A DNA stretch of 64,000 nt, from contig JAPEUI010000017.1 in NCBI GenBank assembly GCA_026025075.1, positions 62,001-126,000 on the forward strand, in the 5' to 3' direction. Shown here piece by piece: positions 25,506 to 33,699 of the stretch. A program made the position numbers and the translations under genes. The notes below the pieces were generated by a model. The model worked only from the letters and a program-made list of their open reading frames with translations, searched no databases and was not told the DNA's origin. The first letter of the stretch is position 1. Every line of letters begins with the position of its first letter. Source of the stretch: Vezdaea acicularis. Lineage: Eukaryota.

Positions 25506-26018
25506 ATACGAAGGCTCGTCCTCGAGCCTTGTCCCGACGTCTTGCCCTTACCCTAAGCTAGGGTCCTTCTAGGGGACGTCTCTCTGTCGTCGGCTCGTCG
25601 TCTGCGGCGCTCTGCTCTCTTAATTGAAGTGACGAAGTGAGGTGAGATATAGAAGTGAGGTGAGGCGACGTAGTGGGGTGAGTTGAGCGGCTATTCTTAG
25701 CTGATCTCACCGGGCAAGGAGTTCTTCTCCTTCTAGCTATCATTAGCTTACTTCTTAGGAATAGATTCATACGCCGTAGGCGTCTTGGTTGGCCTGCGCC
25801 GTCTCTATAAGACGAGATTCTCCCGCCTATTCGAACCATCCTTCCTACATATACGCTCCCCACGCCTACGACGTCTTTCTTCTTGCCTTTGGCCCCGTCC
25901 TCTGCCCCCCGCGTCTAGTATACGTGTATCTAATACACGTATACCGTCTTCTTCTCTCCTCTCGGCGTGGCAAGGGCTCGCTCTTGTCACTTCTTTTCTT
26001 CTCGCCGGCCTAGCAGCC

Positions 26019-27446
26019 ATGCCTGCGGACCGTAACGTCTCTCGCCCCGCTGACGCTCAGCCGGCGCATCCCTATCGGCCTTCAAAGGAGACTGCGAAGA
26101 TACTGGACCAGGCTGCCTCTCTTGGTGCCGTCGAGGGAGGCAAGAAGCCCTCAAAGAAACGAGCTCCGTCGTCTGCGGCCGCCCCCTGGGCTCGTTCGAG
26201 CAACCATCCGTCTCTTCGCGTCTCTGCTGAGCCTTCTTCTCGTGGTCCTTCTCTTCCGGCTGGTCAAGACACCGTGGTTCCCCCTATCGTCGCTGCCCCT
26301 ACGTCGGCGGCTCTTGATCCTCCTGCTCCCTCTGGTTTTGTCGTCCCGGCGTCCCCTGAGCTTGGCTCGAACTCTTTCGAGGACAGCGTAATGGATGAGC
26401 TGTATCCCGCCAACGAGCCGTCGACGACCCTTGCTGCCCCGTCTCTCTCTGGTCCGTCTGCGTCTCTCCCTCAAGGGCAGACCAATGGCGATGGTCTTGC
26501 CTCTACGGTTCAGCCTGGTTACTTCGACCCGTCTTCGGATCTCTTGCGGCCTTGTTGTAAGCGCTGTGCGAAGCACTACTACGACGATCCGACTCAAATC
26601 TGCGCTCCGCCGGTGGGTTCTAGGTCTCGCTCCTGTACTCGCTGTGTGAATGGTCATAGACAATGCGAAGAGGTAAGGTTCTATCTTCTTCTCCCCCAGA
26701 GTCCCGCTGACGGTCCTAGGTTCCCGACTTTCTTGTGCCCTGGCTGCGAGACATCCAGATCCACGTCGATACTATGAAGAAGGATGACATCGTGGCAGAG
26801 AGGCTCTTGGGCCGTCTCATGAATCGTTTTGAGAAGGCCTTGCTTGAATATGAAATATTCAACAAGAAGAACCCCCTGGATCAATGTGTCGGGCTCCTTC
26901 GCGACATCCGGGACTTCGCCGCTCAACGTCTTGCCTTGGAGCGAAAGAGGGTGAGTGCTCCCCCCCTTTGACCCGCTAGGTCTGCGCTGACGTCTCTTTC
27001 TTCTCGTATAGTCGGGCCTTGTGCCTTATCTGACGCCCCGTGAGCGGGCCATACGCCGTCACCTTACCAACCTGACTTCGACTGTTATCCCCCGGTTCCA
27101 TGACATGAAGGGTGTCCTTCATGTAGGTCGCGCCCCTCCTCGCAAGAAGAAGACTGTCGTCCGCGGCGAATGCTTGGAGCTTCCGGATGCTGAAGAAGAT
27201 GATGGGCCCGCTGTCGCTCCTCCTGCGGTCAAGCGTCGCGCAAAGAAGGGTCCGGCGGTGCGTCCCGACACCTTCAGTCGCAAGACAGGTTCCGACATTC
27301 CCCATGCCCAGCTCCGGAAAGGTAAGGGTAAGGGTAAGGCCCCGCCAGCGCCGCGCCGCCGTGCTGCCAGTCCCCCCTCTCCCGAGGTCAGCCATGGTTC
27401 CGCTGATGAGGATGAGGACGAGGCTGGGTGGAGGGATGAGGATTAG
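26019..27446 (+). CDS. Antisense accessory gene inside the retrotransposon; ~439-aa protein with a variant Zn2Cys6-like motif, coiled-coil and basic/acidic tail
   Basis: ATG 26019; exons 26019-26672, 26720-26950 and 27012-27446; introns GTAAGG...GCTGAC...TAG (47 nt) and GTGAGT...GCTGAC...TAG (61 nt), both phase 0, fuse ORFs 25785.., 26735.. and 27021..; motif C-x2-C-x11-C-x10-C-x2-C-x6-C. Confidence 0.8.
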
Positions 27447-27742
27447 GGGTTCGTGGAGGAGTCGCCCGCGGGTAGGTGGTGGGGGTTATAAATTGACACG
27501 GATCGACTTGATCGGGGGGTGCTGGATGGATAGCGTTGCTGCTTTGGAGCTTTAGCTCATTCAAAAGCATTGCTTTCTTCTGCTCTTCGGAGCTTTAGCT
27601 CCGCCTTAATACGATTGCCTTTCCTCCTGCTCTTCTTTGTCTTGTCGCCAGTGACGTGTTGATGTCTTGCCTGAAGCTTCTTTGGGCTTGTTGTTGTCCC
27701 CCCTTCTTGGGGGATCCCCGCCGTCGTATCTCCTGCGGTGTG

Positions 27743-30700
27743 TCACCGTTGACGTTGTCTTCTCCTCTCCCTTTCATACGCCTCTAACGCCTCCTTCGCG
27801 TTATCCAGGTTGGCTTTAGGCTCCCACGTGTCTTCCGCCGGTGGGTAGCCTTCCCATCGTACTAGGTATTGCTTATCCCTACCGGATCCTCGCTCAGCGA
27901 GGATCTTCTCTACAACCCATTCTTCTTCCCCTTCCACTAGCTGGGCTGGCTGTCCCTGCGGTGCTCTGGCGGAGCCCTGGTAGGGCTCTAGGCAGGAGAC
28001 GTGAAACACCGGGTGGATAGCCTTGTATGATGTTGGCAGCTTCAGTCGGTAGGCTTGCTTGCCTATGATTGCTTCTACCTCGAACGGCCCTAGCCAGCGG
28101 TGGTCCAGCTTCTTGTTGGGACGCCTTGTCCTTATGTTTCGTGCCGATAGTAGGACGAGTTGTCCTATAGAGAACTCTTGTGGCTTATGGCGAGCGTTGT
28201 AGTAGGTTGCCTGCGCCTCTTTGGCGGCCTCCCATCGGGCCGCCATCTCTCCCCTGATCTCTATGAGCCTCTCAATTCTCTCGCGTGCTGCCGGCGCCTC
28301 CCCCTTAGGGGCATCGTCCTCGATGTCCTGTGGTGCCAGTGGTAGATATCCCATCAGGGCCTCGAACGGCGTCTCGCCCGTGGCTGAGTGCTTACTTCTA
28401 TTGTAGGCAAACTCTGCTGTGGCTAGAAGCGATACCCAGTCATCCTGGTGGTAGTTGGCGTAACATCGCAAGTATTGCTCCAGCGTCTGGTTCTGTCTTT
28501 CCGTCTGGCCATCCGTCTGCGGATGGAATGCGGTGCTCAGCCGTCGTTTTACCTTCAGGTGGTAGCATAGGGTAGACCAGTATTGGCTGGTGAAGATGCT
28601 CCCTCTGTCCGTGACGATTGACGCAGGTGTGCCGTAGGTTCTGATTACCTTTTCAAAGATAATGTCAGCAAGGCCTACAGCGTCAAGAGTCTTACGGATA
28701 GGGATATATTTAGCCATCTTTGTATAGCGATCGACTATCACGAGGATAGCGTCGTAAGCCTTTGATCCCCCTTCGCCATCCGCTGCTTCGCCTGCGGTGG
28801 CTAGGCTGGGTGGCAGTCCTGTGATGAGATCCATGGTGATTGATTCCCATGGCCCACTGGGTGGGGGCAACGCTTGCATCTCCCCGTAGGGCTTATGCCG
28901 TGGTGCCTTAGTTCGTTGGCATATGTCACATTCGCGGACATAGTCGGCGACCTCCTTTCTGAGGGTCTGCCAATAGTATTTTCGACTAAGTAGAGCCGTC
29001 GTCCTGGCGGCTCCAAAGTGCCCCGCGTACGGGTCGTCGTGATGGACCTTCATGATCTCTGCCCTTAGGGCTGCGTCTTTTGGCACGTATACCTTTCCCT
29101 CAAATCGCAGTAGTCCCCTGTTGTCTACACGCCACTTTTCAGGGTGCGATCCGGCTACGGTTCCCTCGCCATCTCTCAAGCTCCTCTTGATGTCTGCAGT
29201 CAGGGTGTCCCTGCGCTGCGTCTGTGATATCAGCTCGAGCAGGGAGGGGCTCGGGTCCCCATATGCCGTTTCAGTCTTGGCAGCAGTCACTGCCATAAAC
29301 CGTGGTACGAGGTGCGTCGGCGCACCAGTACCAGCCATCCGTATTCCCGGGTGGCCTATCGAGATGGAGTCCCCGTCATGGGGGCTTCCACTTCTCTCCT
29401 CTGCGTCAGGGTTGCGGCCCTTCGGCGACTGGGGTGCGGCCCAGTCCTTAGTAGTGACTGCTACCGCGAGTTCTGATTGTCTTGGGTCAATGTCCATAGG
29501 GTCCCCCCTTAGGCGTTGCCCTTCAGTATCCTGCTGATCCCGCAGGTTGTTCATAACACTCTCGGCAAGAGAGATTTCAAATTGGTACGTTGTACCGTCG
29601 GTGGTAGTCCCACGTACAACGCGTACGTAGGCCTCGATACCATCCTCGGCCTCAGCCAGATAGGCTAGTTTCCTTTGTAGGGTGGGTAGCATTGACGCTC
29701 CCAATTCCTTGTCTTCTACCCCGTAGTCGGGTCGTCTGCTAGGCCCATCGGCGGGGTTGTTCTTGCCCGGCCGGTATTCAATTTCAAAGTCGTAGGCGGC
29801 CAGCATCTCGGCCCACCGGCCCTGCCGGTTGTTGAGCGACTTCGTGCTCATAAAGTATTTCAGATTGTTGTGGTCTGTCAGGACCCTGATTGTATGAAGG
29901 CTACCTTCTAAGTAGTGTCTCCAATGCTTAAATGCCTTGACTATGGCAAGGAGTTCGGCGTCGTGCGTTTCGTAGCGGGTCTCTGCGTCTTCCATCTTCT
30001 TTGACCAGAAGGCGACTGGATGCCAGTGGCGCTGCGTGCTATCCACTGGCGTGCCGTCCGCGGGCTGGGAGAGGATTCCCGCAATGGCAAAGCCGGAGGC
30101 GTCCGTTTCTATAAGGATCCTCTTTTTGGGGTCGAAGTGTTGTAGCACAGGGGCGGTAGTAAACGCCGTCTTCAGTTCTTCAAAGGACCTCAGCCCCTGA
30201 GCCGTCATTTCAAAGGGGCCGGTCTTCCTCCCGTTCTTGCTCCCCCGCAGCATCGTCGTGAGGCCGCTTGCGACCTTCGCATAGCCCTTCACAAATCGTC
30301 TATAGAAGTTGGCAAAGCCTAAGAAAACCTGCAGTTCCCTGAAGCTCTTAGGAACGGGCCAGCTCCGGATAGACTCGATTCGGTCCTCTTCCATAGAGAC
30401 GCCCGTAGGTGATACAACGTATCCCAGGAAGCCAACCTTGGTCGTGTGGAACTCGCATTTGGACAGTTTTGCAAATAAACTATACTTGCGCAGCCTGTGG
30501 AGCACGCTGGCGACATCCTGGTGGTGCTGCTGGAGGTCGGTCGAATACACCAGTATATCGTCCATATAGACGACACAGCAGACGTCCAGGAGGTCCGACA
30601 GCGCCTCATTGATGTACGCTTGGAATGTTGCTGGAGCATTCGCTAGGCCGAAGGGCATGACCTGGTATTCCCAGTGTCCGTACCGTGTGCGGAACGCTGT

Positions 30701-31696
30701 CTTCCACTCGTCTCCCTCCTTGATCCGTATCCTATGATATGCGTCTCGGAGGTCTAGTTTGGTGAATATGGTCGCCCCCGACAATCGGTCCAAGGTTTCG
30801 CTGATAAGGGGTAAGGGGTGTCGGTTTTTTACCGTCACCTTGTTCAACCCCCTGTAGTCGACGCAGAGCCGCAGGCTACCGTCCTTCTTTGGGACGAAGA
30901 GTATCGGGGCCCCAGCGGGGCTAGTGGATCTCCTAATCCACCCCTTTGCCTCTGCGTCCTGGAGGTAATCCCGTAGGACTTCTAGTTCCCTCTCGGAGAG
31001 GTTGTAGACGGGCATCCATGGTGGGTCCCCCTGCGTTACGATGGCGTGTTCTCGGGCGTGGTGGAGGGGCAGCTCGCCAGCCTCCCGTTCAGAGAAGACG
31101 TCTTCGTATTTTTCATATTCTTTGGGGACCCCTTCCCCTGCTTTCACGTTCCCCAGGCGCGCCCCCTGGGGGTTCGTCCATTCCCCTTGGAAGACAGCGT
31201 ACGCTCGATCTCCTTGAGCTACTCGTACTGCCAGGGATTCTGGGCTGATGAGCTGGACCGACCCGGGTCCGTTGGCGTACCGCCATGTGCCCCCCTGCCA
31301 GTCTATCTTGGGGTTGGCGTGCTCTAGCCATGGGTATCCTAATATAAGCTCGTATTCCTCAATGTCGGAGGCCCAGAAGATCTGTGTAGTCGTCCTCTTG
31401 GTTCCGTTCTTGTCGGTGACTCTGATCTCCACCTGAGGTTTGCCGTATACGGGGACTTTCGTTCCGTTGACTCCCTTCGCAGTCGTAGGGGGTTCGTCGG
31501 GGGTGTCCCATCCTGCCTCCTTGACCAGGAGCTGGGATGCAAGGTTCATTTCCGCCCCTGAGTCGATGAGGGCGGTTACCGTCTGCCACCCCTTTGCGGT
31601 CTTAACGTCTGCGTAGGTGGTGAGCTTTGATCTCATGCCTCGTGTTCCTAGGCTCAGCGCGTTTGAGGCGCTTGCTACTGAGCCCCCTTGTTTTTT
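27743..31696 (-). CDS. pol: Pol polyprotein (aspartic protease, reverse transcriptase, RNase H, integrase, chromodomain)
   Basis: ALIDSGA protease; LRLCVDYRGLN, MPFGL and YMDD RT motifs; ETDASG and DAELLA RNase H; HH..H...CDIC zinc finger, MDLI/TDRG/QTER integrase core; C-terminal chromodomain VEKILAERG...YLVRWEGYPPAEDTWEP; no internal stops. Confidence 0.97.
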   Translation of the reverse strand, partial: KKQGGSVASASNALSLGTRGMRSKLTTYADVKTAKGWQTVTALIDSGAEMNLASQLLVKEAGWDTPDEPPTTAKGVNGTKVPVYGKPQVEIRVTDKNGTKRTTTQIFWASDIEEYELILGYPWLEHANPKIDWQGGTWRYANGPGSVQLISPESLAVRVAQGDRAYAVFQGEWTNPQGARLGNVKAGEGVPKEYEKYEDVFSEREAGELPLHHAREHAIVTQGDPPWMPVYNLSERELEVLRDYLQDAEAKGWIRRSTSPAGAPILFVPKKDGSLRLCVDYRGLNKVTVKNRHPLPLISETLDRLSGATIFTKLDLRDAYHRIRIKEGDEWKTAFRTRYGHWEYQVMPFGLANAPATFQAYINEALSDLLDVCCVVYMDDILVYSTDLQQHHQDVASVLHRLRKYSLFAKLSKCEFHTTKVGFLGYVVSPTGVSMEEDRIESIRSWPVPKSFRELQVFLGFANFYRRFVKGYAKVASGLTTMLRGSKNGRKTGPFEMTAQGLRSFEELKTAFTTAPVLQHFDPKKRILIETDASGFAIAGILSQPADGTPVDSTQRHWHPVAFWSKKMEDAETRYETHDAELLAIVKAFKHWRHYLEGSLHTIRVLTDHNNLKYFMSTKSLNNRQGRWAEMLAAYDFEIEYRPGKNNPADGPSRRPDYGVEDKELGASMLPTLQRKLAYLAEAEDGIEAYVRVVRGTTTDGTTYQFEISLAESVMNNLRDQQDTEGQRLRGDPMDIDPRQSELAVAVTTKDWAAPQSPKGRNPDAEERSGSPHDGDSISIGHPGIRMAGTGAPTHLVPRFMAVTAAKTETAYGDPSPSLLELISQTQRRDTLTADIKRSLRDGEGTVAGSHPEKWRVDNRGLLRFEGKVYVPKDAALRAEIMKVHHDDPYAGHFGAARTTALLSRKYYWQTLRKEVADYVRECDICQRTKAPRHKPYGEMQALPPPSGPWESITMDLITGLPPSLATAGEAADGEGGSKAYDAILVIVDRYTKMAKYIPIRKTLDAVGLADIIFEKVIRTYGTPASIVTDRGSIFTSQYWSTLCYHLKVKRRLSTAFHPQTDGQTERQNQTLEQYLRCYANYHQDDWVSLLATAEFAYNRSKHSATGETPFEALMGYLPLAPQDIEDDAPKGEAPAARERIERLIEIRGEMAARWEAAKEAQATYYNARHKPQEFSIGQLVLLSARNIRTRRPNKKLDHRWLGPFEVEAIIGKQAYRLKLPTSYKAIHPVFHVSCLEPYQGSARAPQGQPAQLVEGEEEWVVEKILAERGSGRDKQYLVRWEGYPPAEDTWEPKANLDNAKEALEAYERERRRQRQR
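31636..31696 (-). promoter_or_regulatory. Programmed -1 ribosomal frameshift signal (A AAA AAC plus pseudoknot)
   Basis: Heptamer AAAAAAC at 31696-31690 in the correct gag phase, a 5-nt spacer, stem 1 GGCTCAG/CTGAGCC, and stem 2 GCCTC/GAGGC. Confidence 0.8.
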
Positions 31697-32907
31697 GGGC
31701 TGGATTCTCGTGGTCTGGTTGGACACTCGGGCGCGTAGTGTCCCTTCTTATTGCACAAGTAGCAGACCACATCCCTAGGGGGTCTGCGAGCCGTAGGTGG
31801 TCTCTCTGGTCCCCGTGGGAGACCTGCAGCTATGGGTCTCCCCTCTGGCGGCCCTCTCTGGGGCAAACCCTTGTTGAAACGGGGGCGTAGGCGGTCCTGA
31901 AGACCCTCCCTTGGTTTATACTTGTCGGCCTTTGCTTTCATGTTCTCCTCGAACTGGCTCAGCAGCCTAATCAGTTCTGGCCTGTCGGTCATCGGAGACG
32001 GATACTCTGTGACCTTCTCGCGCAGTTCTGGTCGCACTTTTGCAAGGAGATGCTGCATCCTCTGTTTCTCGGTGTAGGGTTCTAGTTCGCTCTCCAGCTG
32101 ATCCATGTATGCTACAAACGACTGGACCGTCTGCGTAGCGCCCTGCTTTGCTTCTTCATACTTGAGAATCGAGGAGTGATATCGATTAGCTGGGCTCTGT
32201 ATGAGGTCTAGTAGGAACGTCGCGAACTGGTCCCAGCTATACGACTTGCCGTCTTCGAACCGTAGGCATCGATCCCATGCGTCTCCCGCTTCACCCTTCA
32301 CCGCCTTCGAGGCGTATGTGATGCGTACGAAGTCGGATCTGAAAGTCTTTGGATCTAGGTCAAATATTTGGTTGCACTCCCGGATGAAGTCTGTATGTTG
32401 ACGCACAGTCTTTCCTAGATATTCAGGGGGCTTTGAGGGCGCCTTGACGTTAGTTTCTGCGTGCTCGTCAACGTTTCTCCGCCGTCTCTTTGACGAGCTC
32501 GAGGCAGCGTCGTCGTCGTCTTCCGTATAGCTGGCGTCATCCTCAATGACCCCCCTGCGATACGCTCTGTCCGCCGCAGCCATGGCGGCTTTCTTTCGTT
32601 CCAGAGCGTCAAGAACCCTCTGTCTTTCTAATAGAGCGTCTTGGCGCCTTATCTCTTCGATATCGTCTTGTATCTCTTGGTAGGTTAGCTGCTGGGGGTC
32701 GACGCTCCCCTGCCTCTGGCCTCGAGGGGTCTTCCTTTCGCGCCGTCGCCGCTCTGACGACGGAGCGATGGGGTCGTCCGAGCCTGATGACCCTCTGTCT
32801 TCAGGGGGTTGGTCGATCGGATCGTCCCCTATGGTGCTGTTGCTTCTATTGGTTGTCTCCATCGTAAGGGGCGATTTCGACGTTCGTGTGCCCCTGCGTG
32901 TTTTCAT
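31675..32907 (-). CDS. gag: Gag with CCHC zinc knuckle
   Basis: 410-aa ORF just inside the 5' LTR; retrotrans-gag-like core (KQGATQTVQSF) and CYLCNKKGHYAPEC knuckle; overlaps pol in the -1 frame. Confidence 0.93.
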   Translation of the reverse strand: MKTRRGTRTSKSPLTMETTNRSNSTIGDDPIDQPPEDRGSSGSDDPIAPSSERRRRERKTPRGQRQGSVDPQQLTYQEIQDDIEEIRRQDALLERQRVLDALERKKAAMAAADRAYRRGVIEDDASYTEDDDDAASSSSKRRRRNVDEHAETNVKAPSKPPEYLGKTVRQHTDFIRECNQIFDLDPKTFRSDFVRITYASKAVKGEAGDAWDRCLRFEDGKSYSWDQFATFLLDLIQSPANRYHSSILKYEEAKQGATQTVQSFVAYMDQLESELEPYTEKQRMQHLLAKVRPELREKVTEYPSPMTDRPELIRLLSQFEENMKAKADKYKPREGLQDRLRPRFNKGLPQRGPPEGRPIAAGLPRGPERPPTARRPPRDVVCYLCNKKGHYAPECPTRPRESSPKNKGAQ

Positions 32908-32950
32908 CTGATGTCCGTCGGCGGCTACCGGGCTCTCTCCCTGAGGGTAG

Positions 32951-32959
32951 ATCGAATAG
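32951..32959 (-). promoter_or_regulatory. Self-priming (Tf1-type) primer binding site
   Basis: Element-sense CTATTCGAT lies 3 nt inside the 5' LTR and is the exact complement of ATCGAATAG (33197-33189) just downstream of the LTR TATA box; there is no TGG tRNA-type PBS. Confidence 0.75.
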
Positions 32960-32962
32960 AAT

Positions 32963-33340
32963 TGTAAGGACGGGCACGATAGCTGCCCCTGATTCTGAGA
33001 GCGTGGTAGGCCGGCGCCGTCTGCGGCCCGCCTGCGGTGTCACTGCGTGTTTAATAGGCTATGGGGATAGGCGGGCCACCGGCGATAGCTAGCAATGTCA
33101 CAGGGCTATATAGATGTAGCGGTATAGTGATATAATGAATAGACTGCGGTTATATGAATAGATTCCAAGAACTAGCTATAGATCAAGACTATTCGATGCC
33201 GCGCCCCTAGCGGGCCCGACTTGATATATATATAAGGGGCGCGCTGACTAAGCGTCCCCTGAGCGCCGCCGGCGTCTAAGCGAGAACAGCCGTCTAGAGC
33301 GCGCCGGCGCGCTCTAGGCGGATGCCAGCGCGTTCTTACA
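32963..33340 (-). repeat. 5' LTR (378 bp) with TATA box at ~33224-33235
   Basis: TG...CA termini; appears identical to 25115-25492. Confidence 0.97.
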
Positions 33341-33345
33341 CTATC

Positions 33346-33466
33346 GCCGGCGAGCCGCCTACTCTTATAGTCTATTAAACACGCAGCGACACTGCAGGCG
33401 GACCGCAGACGGCGCCGGCCTACCACGCTCTCAGAATCAGAGGCAGCTATTGTGTCTATCCTTACA
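33346..33466 (+). mobile_element. Older LTR of the same family, 3' part
   Basis: Continues the alignment from 25114 after the TSD and ends ...TCCTTACA; it is a diverged reverse complement of 32963-33083. Confidence 0.92.
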
Positions 33467-33699
33467 GCTATATATTAACAGAAGCAGCGTCCTTACAGCG
33501 CTTGCCCATAGAGGTAGCGCTATAAGGCATGCGATTGCCCCGCAACAAACAACGCTTATCGCGCTGTCCTGACTGGGCAGTTGTGATTAGGCACATGATG
33601 ACTTGTATATATAGCGTATCCCCTTAAATAGAAACAATACAATTCTTTCATCATAAACTTGTATTAGGACGCCTTGTCCTTGAAATGTCTGGATACCTC

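Larger units (their letters stand above)
25115..33340 (-). mobile_element. Intact Ty3/gypsy (Metaviridae) chromovirus LTR retrotransposon, 8226 bp
   Basis: Two 378-bp TG...CA LTRs, 5-bp TSD CTATC (25110-25114 and 33341-33345), gag plus pol in PR-RT-RH-IN-chromo order, and a polypurine tract next to the 3' LTR. Confidence 0.98.

Noticed and set aside
25785..27555. Extra retrotransposon ORF interpreted as an env gene
   Set aside because: It is antisense to gag-pol, spliced, and has no signal peptide or TM anchor from the likely ATG (26019). The ORF-track extension from 25785 starts at a non-ATG codon.
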